Shown: in pieces, positions 1-23,500 of the stretch
How the letters are laid out: each line of letters starts with the position of its first letter
How positions within the stretch are numbered: position 1 is the first letter of the stretch
Assembly (NCBI GenBank): GCA_964016885.1
Contig: OZ024754.1
Coordinates: 1,178,001-1,242,000 of the forward strand
DNA from: Eledone cirrhosa
Lineage: Eukaryota
Reading direction: 5' to 3'
Length of the DNA: 64,000 bases
Notes under the pieces: generated by a model
Told to the model about the DNA's origin: nothing
The model's input: only the letters and a program-made list of their open reading frames with translations
Database searches by the model: none
Position numbers and translations under genes: made by a program

Positions 1-489
1 CATTTCCCTGCTAGTAAGGGCTGGACAGGTTGTCACAGGCTAAGTCAGTTCTTAATCTGAGCTACTGACCTACTTACAAACTTTGATTTTCCATAGTCTG
101 ACTGACTTCTTGTTTGTTTCTTTGCTTTTTTTTTTTTTATTAAATACAACCTACACCCTCTTGTTTCTGCTGCTCTAACATCTTGTGTATTTCAGTAAGT
201 CCTCAACAACAAACATTTTAAAAGAGTTAGCCTGGAAGGTCCCATGACAAGCCCTGTTATTTTGTCCTATCATCTGCCACCTTTTACTTCAAACTTTTGC
301 ATTGATATTGGCAGGCCTGCAATTAAGAAGTTGAAAAAAATGTCAATGCTGATAGTGAGGGTGGGATTGATTACTTAATGATGCCTGAGGAGTTCATAAC
401 ACAATCCTTTCAAACTATAATTATAATACAATAAATATCAACATTTCAAAAGTTTTCAATTTCAAAATAACAAATAATAAAATACATAC

Positions 490-9848
<9,359 letters not shown>

Positions 9849-11910
9849 ATCTTTTCTTGCTAAGCTATTTATTTCACATTAACCTTTTTTTTACATTAAA
9901 CCGCCGTCAATGCTGAACAAATTATATAAAACATTGCGAAAAAACACAATCAACTTTTTAATAGAAATAAAAATACGAACTGGAATCCATGTCCAAAAAC
10001 AATAACATCAGCAACTTCCGGTACAAGTCATGTGTATATCATGACTGCCTATATGTGTGTATATGTATATTATGACTGTTTATATGTGGATATCATGACT
10101 GCCTGTATGTGTATCATAACTTCCTGCGTGCTGTATGTATGTGTTAGTCAGCTGCTTTAGTGGCAATAACAATGGTAGACAACTCTGTATGACTATATGT
10201 GAAATATATTCAGTGCCAATGAAGAATGATAATCTCCCATCGAACAGAGCCTTCACAAGACAAACTAAACATAGGGAACATATGTATATCTTTGCCCAAT
10301 ACACTGGTCCTACCCACTTTCTGGTTTTCCTGTCGGTCTAGGTGGGCCCCCTAGGCTATAATTCTAAACGCATAACTTATTACACATGTAATTACGAATC
10401 CTTAACTACAACAACGTAAAGAACACGCTTAATCTCTAATAAGACCAATCTCTTGTTTATTTAAAAAATATAATATTTCGGATAAAATGGCAACTGCATC
10501 TAAAAAAAGTGTAGGCAATATTCCGTCGAATAAAAACGTTAAATTTTTTTTTACTTGCTTTCCCCACATCTTATTTAGTTGAGTCAGGTGATGCATCTGC
10601 TTTCAAAAAGTCAAAATCGCCTTGATATAGAAAGAAGAGGTGATTTACGACTCTCTCTCTAACGGCTTTCACACTAAACATTGATAAATTAGTAGCCTTG
10701 CATCAATCACAGGGATCTCATTAAAAGCCGATAATTATATTCTTTGATTTGTAAATATAAATATTGATATAAATATAAATATTGAATCAACATGAGATCG
10801 ATTATTACTCGAGTATATCATATATATAATTATATATAAAGTTGAAGTATGTCAGACATATCAACATATATATTATAACCTTTAATAGCTACATGACATT
10901 CTGTGTATATCTTCCAATATAAAGATAACCTACTTTATTAGAGAATGTTATGTTATCATGTGTAAGATTATATACATGTAAACTGATAAATTACAGATGT
11001 TGAAAAAATTATTCCTAATTATTATTATTTATTTGTATTATTCACAAGATTTTGTGAAGCTGATTATCTTTATGGCGTAGTTAGATAAAACTGAAATTGT
11101 TTATGACTTTCTACATAACCTCCTTCAAGGTTTACAATTTGTTGTAGTGATTTGTTTAGCTGTTATAATCAAATATAAACCAAGATATAAAAAAAACTTG
11201 GATATGCAATAAAATATAACATGAACATAAATTGTAGGGCTTATACAAATAGATGTGTGTTTTGGTAGTTTGGGGAGAAAAATGTAATTATTGGGGGATG
11301 GCATGCTTAAAAGAATAAAGTGACAACAGCTTGGGGTCCTTCACTCCCAGTTAGCTTACTATGCGTATGGACACCAGCCAGGGCAATTTATAAGTTCCTA
11401 TGCACTGATTGGTTGTCCAATTCAGAAATGCTATCACCGCCCCTGACATGTGCTGAGGAGTCCTATGTTTGGAGTGTTGTCTCTTGTAGTTATTCTCTTT
11501 AAATTGCAATCTATTTTAATTTTATTTATTTTCTTCTTCACATGAATATTCTTTATCTGGAGTTGTACCCTCCTCTTCCTGTTGCTCCTCCTCTCGCCTC
11601 CCCTTCCTCCTCCTCCTCCTTAGATCTCTATTGTTCCATGTATTGAATGCAAATTTTGTTTAAATTGAGTTTAAATTTTCTTATTTATTTTCTTTACAAC
11701 AAACATCTTTCTCTGTAGTTAGACCCTTCTCCACTCCCCATGTTATTTATTCTATATAATATAGTGTGCAATGTTGACCTGCTTCACATCATTACAACAT
11801 TTCATGTTTATATACCACGTTTGGTAAATATACTAATATTATCGTTTAGTTTAAAATTATTACCTCTTTATATTGAACCATTACATTTCACATTTCGTTG
11901 GCAATAGTTC

Positions 11911-12002
11911 TGTTGCAGCAGGTACTGATTTAATTACACCTGTTTCAGTAGATACTGATTAAATTACACCTGTTGCAGTAGATACTGATTGAATTATACC
12001 TG
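11911..12002 (+). repeat. 3 x 30-bp tandem repeat just upstream of the CYP start codon
   Basis: tgttgcagtagatactgattnaattacacc repeated three times. Confidence 0.85.
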
Positions 12003-12067
12003 GATTTTGTCAAACTGTTTTCTGGGGTCAATCACTTATCAAACAACACTGAGACAAACAGATAACC

Positions 12068-15000
12068 ATGGATATTCTCAGTTTTTTAACCATACCAAAA
12101 TGTGTTCTCCTCTTAGTTACTGTCCTGCTCTTTTATATGTAAGTAAAATATTTCTATTAATTTTCGCCATAAATCAGTTGTCCTTTACTCATGATTAATC
12201 TGTCCCCACGGTTTCTCTAGCTAGATCCCACCAAATGCTTCTCTTTTTTCTCGACTGTGTTCCTCTAATCAGTTGTACATGCCCCTACGACCAGCATCAT
12301 TTATTCCCTTGTCACCTACAATACCCACCTCATGGACTCCCCAGTGTACTATTCTCCAAATTTTTGTTACTACATCATGCTGGAACGATTATTTATTTCA
12401 TTCAAACCAGATCACAATCTGTTCATAGTTTTTACATTCCTTGTCACAGACATTCTCACTAGTCTACTTGTTTTGGATGGGTTTAACCACCTTCTAAGTC
12501 TTTGACTGGTTCATATGCAGTGCCGGATTAACTATTATGCTTCGTTGGCCAGTCGGGGGAACCATCTTCCAGCCCCCAAAATCTTTTACGTTGAATTTTT
12601 CAAATGTTTTTCAAATACAAAACGTTCACAGGGGGCTTAATAACTTGAGTGTTTTGGCCTTAGAAGTTAAGGGCCGAAACATTTGCTTGTGTGGGGTCTC
12701 CTCTCTGAAGACCCATCTCTCTTGAGTGTTTCCTACCGCTATATTATTTTACATATTACAATGATTACATTTTATAAGTTCAAGAATAGTTGCAATATCT
12801 AAACTGTCTTTAACTGTAATAATCTGATATTAAATATATTATAATTTCTTATTCTAATTATAATAGGCTGTCTAAAAGACCATACAGTTTCTTTAAAAAT
12901 CTCAATATTCCTGGCCCAGAACCATGTATACTTATCGGCAATATATTTGGTATTTCATGGAAGGTAAGAAGGCTTTTTAATTTTACACACTTATTTTATA
13001 TCAGCGTTGATATTTTCATAATATTTAAGAAAATATTTAAGGGCAGATGAATTGATGGTCAAAACTTCTAACAACATGCTCATTGTACCAGAGCTGTGAT
13101 CTCTCGATTCAGAGAAGTAGTGGCTCTACTTGGAACGACTCACTTATCCCCAAGCTACACTAAGTCAGTAGCCAAAAGAACAGATTCTTCTTCTTAAAAT
13201 TCATGGAGAACTTTTCCATCTCACCCACATGTTCTAGTTTACTCTTTTCTCTTTCTCTTTTCATTTGAAATTTTGAGTGGCCATTCTCTTTCTCTTTTTG
13301 TTGAACTGAACTAAGAAAGAGGAATGCAATCCACAAACAATATTCATTGTTGAGCACAGAACAAAAGGCAGAAGATTTTCAGCTTGGCTGGTCTCACTCG
13401 GGGATCCAACTGGATCAGTGGGAGATAGTGGCTTCTGACAGGACCTGCTGGAAGATGTTTTTGAGGATTCCGTGCCCACGACCCATTCAAGAATAAGTGG
13501 GCGAAGAAAAAGAAAAAGAGAAACTGGTTGAATGTAGTTCACTTTGTGTTCCTAAGATCTTTAATGCCATTGATGAATATCACACTTCTGATAATCCTTC
13601 AACTAAAACATTTGTTGTTTTGTAAATAGTCAGGTAAAATCCAACTTCTATGTACAATTTAATTATTTTATTTCAGGGAATGGCTCAATTTGACAATGAA
13701 GTGCATCAGAAATATGGGAGTGTAACTGGGTATGAAGATTTTGATATTTCTTTCTTAATATATGAATATATCTTAGTCGGGATAAATATTCTATTAAATG
13801 TTTGACCAATTGTCATTCAATAAACTTGAAACTGAATTCTTTGTAAAAGTTTCAGTTTAGCTGATGACAGTTAATTGTACTAGAGCGTTAAAAAATTGAC
13901 GATTAAAAACAAATTAGTTAATTAGAAAAACTATGTGCTTTGCCTTCTCCTCCATACCACACACACAACCCACACCGCCACCTCCATTAACCCATATCCT
14001 TGCCGATAACACAATTTAAACTGCAGCACTCAGTCTGTCACATATAAATGTGTCTGTGCATGTGATTATATATCAGTAAATAGAGTTCCATTTCACAAAT
14101 ATCACTTCCCCCCTGATAAGCACTCCTTTATCTCATTCTCTTTCTATCTTTTTTTCTCTCTGTCACTTTGCCTCTTCCTTCAACTGTGCAACACCACACT
14201 GTCAGTAGATAGCGTTTACTTTCTTCTGCTCTTCATCTTTACCCATTTGCCTACAATAAAACTCTTTTCTCTCTCTCTCCAGCCCCTTAACATACATATG
14301 TACATAAACAAAATAATATATAACTCTACAATAGAACAACCAGTTATCAAATTTATGCTGATATAAATTGACCAATAAGTTATGTAAGCTGGTCAATCAG
14401 CTACCATGATATAAAACAATCATTACGATACCTTCCAGGAGATAGTCAATCTAGTTTTTTTTCATTTGTAATGTTAAGCAGTCATTACAATGGTAGGTAG
14501 CGCAAGTTAGTTAGTGGTGGAAGATATTCGTTCTGAGGTCAGATCTACAACTAAAGTATATTTACATTTATACAATTGTGAATTAATATATTTGACGTTT
14601 GTATCTAATTTTTACAGACATTACATTGGTTCTCGTCCTGTTCTAATGGTCAGTGATGCAGAGATGGCAAAAGAAATTTGTGTCAAAAAGTTTCCTTTGT
14701 TTACTAACAGATACGTATGTTTCTTACTTTCTTTTATTTGTAATATTTTAAATCCACACATTAATCAGGTTAATTTAACCCTTTAATATTTACATTACTA
14801 TAGCATCTATTTACTATTATAGCATCTATATTTACTATTATATTTTCACAGCAAAGGCTCTACCTCACATAATATCGAATCTATGATATTTTGATATTAT
14901 TTATTTAGAGAACAATACCTTAACATCATTATGAGTGGCCAGTTACAGTCAGTTTGAACGAGGTGGGGTAATTCTGGCCAGATATAGCTGGTTTAAATGC

Positions 15001-17515
15001 TTAAGGATTAATAAACTTTTGTATTCCTGTCTACTTCATGAATTGGTTTTAACTTTCTATTTTCCCATAAGTTTTAGACAACTAAATTGATATGTTTCAA
15101 CATTTGTAGGAGAAAATATATTAATTTGTTATTTTCATGTTAGTAGGACAGGAACTTTGTAGAGAAAACTAATGAAATACTCATCAATTATGCAATACTA
15201 TTGATCTTTGCAGTAAAATTGCACCAGGAATGAGTCAGCTAATATCAAACAACAAATCCATAAAGAAATGTCAATGAATGTAATGGGAATCCTGTGTGTA
15301 GAGTGACAAAATATAGCTCTAATTCCACCAAATATATAAATTGTTTACAAGAAAAAAGATTCCCTGACATGTATAATGATATAACTTACATAAAGTTATG
15401 ATATATATAAATAGATGCTATGTATAAAGATATATATAACCTTTAACATTTATCAGGGACCGTAAATCCATCACTTGACTACTTCTTTAAATTTGTTGAT
15501 CATATTTGATCAGCATTAATATTTGTTTTTTATCCACAAATAAATGGCATTATTATATAAGCTATCCTCACCAAAGTTTTTCAAGACTTTCGTTTAATCT
15601 TGCCATATCTTTCATAAAACAATACCTTCTACAAGTTGGTCTTCTCTCTCCATTTTTATTTTTATGAGATCTAACATAAGTTACAGATAAATGTTTTTTT
15701 CCGATGTCAAATCCATAGTTTGTACACATCTCAATGCAGTTTACTAATGATATATAGTCAGATGTAATAGATTTCTGAGAAAGATTTTATAAATTATCCT
15801 CTATATTTCAAAGGATGTGTTTCCGGCAAACAAAGTTAGTGATAAATTCCTAAGTTTTCTCCAGGATGATCATTGGAAATTTACCCGTACCACAATGCTG
15901 CCATTATTTAGTACCAGGCATTTTAAGCACGTAAGTTTGAATTCATCTTACACTGTTTTATTTCTCTTTATCAAATAACAGACAGTAGGGAGACAGTTAG
16001 TGGAACCAGAAGGTCATAAGTGTCTAATGCTATAAACCTATCAGAAAAAGACAGATACTTCAACAGCTTGTGATGTTTAGCTTGTTGGGTAACGAAACAT
16101 GGATCTGTTATTGAATTCAGTAAGATTCTGCCAGATAAAATGTCGCTGCATGTTGCATCCTAGATGAGAGGCTTATCACCGCAGAGTGTGAAGATTGTGA
16201 TGCCATCTGGCCTTTTGCTGTTCTCTTGGTCTAACCCCACCGGTTCGAGCTTTGATTAGAAACCAGCAGTGTCCAAGTCATAATGATCTCATTGAGAGTG
16301 GGATGGCATGAGGGGCAAACCACACTGAGGTGGAATGACAGATAGTGAAATCCAAAAATATCAACCGTTGAACCGAAGTGGCATTTGTGTTGTTTGAAGA
16401 TCTTGATGTCCAGCCCAAGGGAACCATAGGCAGACGCTGTCCAGCTGAGCACAAGTTAACACAAGGGCACAGTGTTTAGCCAGGCACTACATTAATGTTG
16501 GGAGTTGGAGTGGAATCATGTCAGGTGCGAAGCTTTGTAGCATTGGAAAGATTGGACTGGGGTGCAAAGAAATTCCAGATTATTGTATACTGGGAAAACT
16601 GTATTGGGTTGCATGATTATTGTAACTTCTGTTTAGTATGGAAAAAGAATGTTATCAGAGGACCTGTATGGTTCGGTGGATGTAAAATATAGCTAGCTTG
16701 TTTAGAGAAGCAACATATGCTATAGCTGTAGTGAGAGAATTGTTGGGTCTAGGTGGATGTAAAATATAGCTAGCTTGATCAGAGGATCAAGATATGGCAT
16801 AGCTGTAGTGAGAGAGTTGTCGGGATGAAGAGATAGGCCATTGTATTAAATGTGGACTGAGATTAGAGGAAATATTCTATCAAGAATATTTGATATTCTA
16901 TCAAAAATCACCTCTCCTTAACATTTACAGCAATACAGCTCACAAAGGAAGAGTATTAAAAACAATTTTGGAATTTGAAATAATTTCAGATGATGGAACT
17001 TAGGAATAAAGCAGCTCAAAATCTGGAAGAAAATTTCTCTTTGTATGCTGACAAATGCAAAGATATTGAAATGAAGAGGTGAGTAGTTTTGTATGCACTT
17101 ATTTCTTTGTGTTATATATTTAATCAATATAAACCACTGTATAGAGCTGGTAAGCCACAAAATACTAGGAGAGGTATCTATCATGACACTGAGAGAGAAA
17201 GAGAGAGAGAGGAAAACGTAGGGAAAAGATGAAAAACGAGGACAACTATATTTGTTGCAAGAAAAGTAACAAGACTTAGTGTGCTTTGTGAGCTATATAT
17301 ATATATATGGGAATGAGTAGGACCCCGACGGCTGAGCTCAAGCCGTTTCGACAGCTAATTCAGTCCAGAATTAGCCGTCGAAACAGCTTGAGCTCAGCCG
17401 TCGGGGTCCTACTCGTTCCTATTACCCACTCTACTACCCTAAGTATTGAGTACTTTGGTGCATTATGGTCCACCTGGTTCCTTACCACATTTCCTTCGTT
17501 ATATATAAACCTCAC

Positions 17516-17563
<48 letters not shown>

Positions 17564-20500
17564 CAGGTTTTTTTACAAAATGAAAAATAACCGATGTGTC
17601 CTACACGAATGAAAGTATAAGGAAAAAAGATGAAATCAAAAATGCAACTGGAGCCTTATTTAAAAAAATATATATATATTTATTTGGTTCCTTTACCGGT
17701 TTCGCAGTTCTTCTGCTTTTCAAAAGTAGAGTTGCGATGGAGGGTCTGTGGTTTTTCTCCCATCTGATTGGCCTTTGAATGTTACTTGTTTTATATGGAA
17801 AAAAGTGGCTCGAAACGCCAGGTTTTTAGAGAAGTAATTTGATTGGTTGGTGAATAAGTATAATAAAATAATAAATTTCGCACCAGTTCACGTTACAAAG
17901 TTCTTCAAACAGGAGGGGGGGGGGGGCTCAGGTTGATTTTTCATATATGAGGGAAGTTTGGTTGGTTGATATATATATATATATATATTATTATCAGTGC
18001 TCTGAAATAGCGATGTATGTATGTATAGTATATTTGATAATATCCTGTATGTTTATCTAAAACTATTTTGAAATCCATTCACTATGAGTTTTAAAGTAGT
18101 GACTATGTCACTTACTTAGACTCAGCAAAAACAAAGGGAAGCAACCGGCGACCGTTTCTCACTCGTTAGCGGTTATCAACATTGCATACCCCTTCGCTCC
18201 TGCCGAGATTTATAGAAGCTGGATTCTTATAGAATTCCAGTGATGTTTAAGAGCTGATTAAAGAGAGCAGTTGCCAGTCCAGCAAAAATTAGGAATTAGT
18301 TTCAGTGCTCTGAAATGTATATATGAATGTATGTATAGTATATTTGATAATATACTGTATGTTTATTTAAAATCATTTTGAAAACCATTCATTGGTTGCT
18401 TCACTTTGTTTTTAAATATACTATACATACATACATTCATACATACCTTTCAGAGCACTGAAACTAATTCCTAATTTTTGTTGGACTGGCAACTGCTCTC
18501 TTTAATCAGCTCTTAAACATCACTAGAATTCTATAAGAATCCAGCTTCTATAAATCTCGGCAGGAGCGAAGGGGTATGCAATGTTGATAACCGCTAACGA
18601 GTGAGAAACGGCCATCGGTTGCTTCCCTTTGTTTTTGCCGAGACTAAGTAACATAGTCACCACTTTAAAAATCATAGCGAATGGTCTTCAAATTTTTTTT
18701 AAAATAAACATGCAGTATACTATACATACATACATTCATATATATATATATATACTAGTGTGGAGGATGGACGTTAAACAATGATGATATGTGTGTGTAT
18801 AGAATTAAAGTGTTCGCTCCAACATAGCTGTATACATATAAGTATGCATATTTGGCTTATCTAATGATATACAGTATGTTTATGAATAAACAATTGAAAG
18901 GCTTTAGCGATGAATTTTGGAAGTTGATGGTGTAGCATTATCTAGTGAATACCAGCTGAATCAAGAGGGGGGAAATTACCGACAGTCGTTTCTGACTGGT
19001 GGTTGTTATCAAGGCAGTACTCACATTATCTCGCTTACTGCTGGAATTCAATATAAGCGAAAACACATAGTTTTGATGCCTATGTACATGGGCTGATTAG
19101 TCCATTTGCATATGGAGTAAACATACCGTATATCTGAGACGACATTTCTTGGTACCATTGGTGTACATACATACACACATACAAATATATGTATATATGT
19201 ATGTGTGTATCTATTTATTATTTTGTTCTTCTACTTTATATTCAGTGTCTTTTCAAACTACACAGTTGATTTGATTGCCACTACAGCATTCGGTGTTGAA
19301 GTAAATTCTCAAAAGAATCCCGAACATAAGATTATAAGGAGTTTTGAGAGATTTTTTCAAGTCAATTTTATTGACCCAATTTCTTCGATTCAAGGTAGAT
19401 GTTCATTAAATTACTTCTAAGTGATGTTTTAGAATTAACAGTTTGTGACATGACCGCACACATACACACACACACACAGACAGACACAGGCATACGCATC
19501 CCCACCCCACCCCCACCCCCCACACACATATGGCTTCTATTCTCCATCATGCATGGATGGGCTGTGGTCAGTGTTGTGACCAGTTCAGTCTTTGATGTTG
19601 TTGGACCAGGAATTTCTTTAGCTGCCTTTTCTTCACCCTCCCTTGACTCTGAAGAATGGCTTTAGACAAGGAGCCATGGTGAGATACATGGCTTTAGACA
19701 GGAGTCATCGTGAGATACATGGTGAGAGTGGTTCCTGGCAGTCAGTATATTTATTGACTTGCTGCTTGACAAAGTTGTTTGTTTTGTGTTCTGTGTATGG
19801 TGTGTCTAGCAGCTGTCTAAAGCACTTGTGTTTGAATACCTGGATTCCTTGTTCTTTGTCAGCTGTAAGAGTCCAGCTCTCACCCCCCTCGAGAAGAGGC
19901 CAAGTCTTGTCATTATCTCATTTTGATATCTGATGTCCTTGGTCAGAGTGAACCCTAGATACCCAAAGGTGTCCGCATATTCAAGTCTTCCTCCATTCAG
20001 CATGATGTTGGTTGCAATATTCTGATTATTACTATTAATCAGAATCTTGCTCTTTTCTGAGCTGATCTCCAAATCTAGTCTTCTTGAACTCACTCCCCAA
20101 ATTGTTGCACTCTACTCTTCCTACTCATGAACAGCCCTCAACTAAGGATCTCAAACTCTTTACAAATGCTATGCTAGCTCTGAAGGCACATCAAAATTCT
20201 AAACATTTCTTTCTCTGCAGCTCAACATAGAATAGCAAAATCGGTAGATTGTCAAACTAAATGCATATTAACATTCTAAATTATAATGTAATTTATAAAA
20301 ATCTGAGCATCAAATACTGTTTCAAATCCTCCATCATTTTACGAAGACTATAAATGTATGTATGGTCCCATAATTCCTGATAGTCACAGGGGCACTGTAT
20401 TGACATACTGCTTTCTTGGACATTTTTAAACCTGAAGGAGCCCATCCCTCTCCGGGCCTGAGTACAGCAGACTTCTTCCAAAGAAAGATAGAAAGTGAGA

Positions 20501-23500
20501 GAGATGAAATTAGAAAGAGATATACAGGAAGAATCGACCCCAGTGCTAGACTGGTACTTCTTCTTTATCGACCTCAAAAGGATGAAAGGCAAAGTTGACC
20601 AAGACCATAAATACTTGAACACAAAAGTTTCTTATTACATTTCTAGAAGAGATAAGTGTATTTATTCACATAGAAATGCAGTTGATCATAACAAATTGAA
20701 CACCTTATTGTTGAATTCCTTCGAATAAATGTTGTATTTCATGTAATCATGGGTAAATCAGATATCCCCATTTTGTTTCAGCAACATTTCCACCAATTCT
20801 AAAAGTTATGAATTTTTTTGGAATCGAAAGCAACTTTGAAAAAACGATGAGAGAAATATCTGAGTTTGCCAGAGCAATTGTAGAAAGTCGAATAAAAGAT
20901 AACACGGTATGAAATATCTACTTTATATTATCGAGTATTCTAGATTTCATTGTCCTGAAAATAATTTGAGTTTGTGTAAAATGGTGTTCATAAAGAACAA
21001 AGACAATAGGATTTCATGTTAACTAGGCCACTACCTGAGTATCTAGGGCCCTAGATTTATTGTACAATCACTTCACATGTATAGATATATGGTTTAATGC
21101 ATGGCAAATCTCAGGTATTTAAGGGGTTAAAAGTTGTCAGCAGATGGTCACACAGGAGTCATGACATAAAAGAAACCCAGTCCTGTATAGTGTAAGGATT
21201 TAAGGGCAGAAACACTTGCATGGGGGAGGTTTCTTCTCTCTGAAGACCTTCTGTTGTCCAGTTCTTCTGAAGGTTTCTTATTAATATTTGTAAATGTTCT
21301 GATTACTTTCAGGTAAGAAAAGATTTCATCCAATTGTTGTTAGATGCAAAATTTGAAAATATTGATCAAATTGATGATGACATGAAACATGAGCTGGAGA
21401 CCCTTGAATATAAGAACTTAAAAGACTGGAGGACAAAAAGAGGTACATTAGTTTTAATAATGGTTTCTACTTTAGGCACAAGAGCAACAAAATTTTGGTG
21501 GGATGGGGAGAGTCGATTAAATTATATCAACCTCGTAAGGATGAAAGCAGGATTTGAACTCAGATCATAAAGGACCGTAACTGTCACAAATCATGTTGTC
21601 CGATGCTCTACCAATACTTTCAATCCAATGATACTCATAATATTAGAAAGTAACACAAAATGTACATATTACTCATAAATGTAATGTTCTTTTTTCTTTC
21701 TTTTTTTTCTATTGGTTTCAGTCATTAAACTGAGGTCATACTGCAGCATCATATTAAAGGGATTTAGTCGATTATATTAACCCAGTACTTCTTTTTTTCA
21801 AGTTTGATAAGTATTTTGTTGATCCTGTAGGGTACGGAACATACAAACAGTAAATGTACACACATTCGCAGACACAGACTCACATGTATACATACATACC
21901 TATACATACACATTATCATCATCATTTAACATACGTTTTCCCTTCTAGCAAGGGTTGGGTGGGTTATCAGAGATCAAGTAAGTAGTTAATCAGAGCAACT
22001 GATCAATCAAATGAGCCAAGAGTCATATATACGTTCCAGCATTGTTCAGTTCACTAGGTGTAATTTCTTGTGACACTAGCAGTAGGGAGGTTGCCATGTC
22101 TTTAATACAATAGAACAGTCTTGATGTTTTGTTTGGTTAGATACCCTTCATATCGCCAACCATTTAAAACAGTGTACTGGGTGTATCAACACCAGAAAGG
22201 AGGTTGTCAAGCCCTTAACACACCTAAAGAATCCTCCCAATCCTTTGTATGGCAATGTTTTATTCTCAGCAGGGGTATATTTCATCATCGTTTCCATTTT
22301 TCTAACCTCAGGTCTCACAAATGATGAAATTATTTCCCAGATGGTGTTGTTTTTGTTTGGTGCTCATTTAACAACGTCAAATACCTTGTCGTTCTTTTCT
22401 TATATCCTTGCTACTCAACCTGAAATTCAGCAAAAGGTATATGAAGAAGTGATGGAAGTTGTTGGTGACGTGAGTTACATTAGCTTTTACATTATAATAA
22501 ATTAGAATACTCCCTCCCCCCTCCTCATCACCACCTTCTCCCTCTCCATCCCCCTCCTCATTATCATCATCTTCATCTTTGTCATCATCATCTCAGTATA
22601 TGTTGAATCTACTATTTCTGTATTTACAGGAGACCCCCACTTATGAAACTTTAAATAAACTGCAATATTTAGATCAGTGTATGTCTGAAGTACTTAGGAT
22701 GTATCCTCCATCACTCAGGTATTGTCACAACATTTAAATATTGTTCCTTATAAAGAGATAAACTTAGAATGGCTTCTGTTGGACCTCCGTTGGTTTCAAC
22801 AGTGAGTGTTTCAGTTGTTTGAACAACGGAACAGCCAACTTGTGAAATTAATGTGTAAGTGGCTGAGTATTTTATAGACATGTGTACCCTTAACACCATT
22901 ATTCTCAGGAGATTCAGTGTGACACTGGGTGTAACAAGGATGTCTCGTTGAATTACAGGTACGAATAATTTTTTTTTTTATTTAGCTGATAAGACTGAAG
23001 CAACATGAAATGAGATATCTTTCTTCAGCACATAACACACTGCTGATAAATGTGTCCTGGTTCTGGGGTTATTTTCATTAAGTCATAGTACCATTGGTGA
23101 AACAACTGAAACACTCATTATCAGATCAGACGGAGGACCAGCAACAATCATGCTAGTCATATTACCTTCAAAGACCTAGCTGGTTATATCTATTCCACGA
23201 CTTTACTGGAACAGTTTTTATCAACTTTGATGGTCATATTACCTTCAAAGACCTAGCTGGTTATATCTATTCCAGGACTTTACTGGAACAGTTTTTATCA
23301 ATTTTGATGGTCTACCTTCAAAGACCTAGCTGGTTATATCTATTCCAGGGCTTTACTGGAACAGTTTTTATCAACTTTGATGGTCATATTACCTTCAAAG
23401 ACCTAGCTGGTTATATCTATTCCAGGACTTTACTGGAACAGTTTTTATCAATTTTGATGGTCTACCTTCAAAGACCTAGCTGGTTATATCTATTCCACAA

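Noticed and set aside
11453-11470. CTGAGGAGTCC as a hammerhead 5' half (similar CTGAGGAGTTC at ~385)
   Set aside because: No closing stem II strand or GAAA follows; at best a truncated remnant.
18570-18628. Second possible U3-A8 hammerhead (TTGATAA-ccgctaacgagtga-GAAA-cgg)
   Set aside because: C-A mismatch at the base of stem II and no properly placed stem I next to a cleavage triplet; too weak to call.
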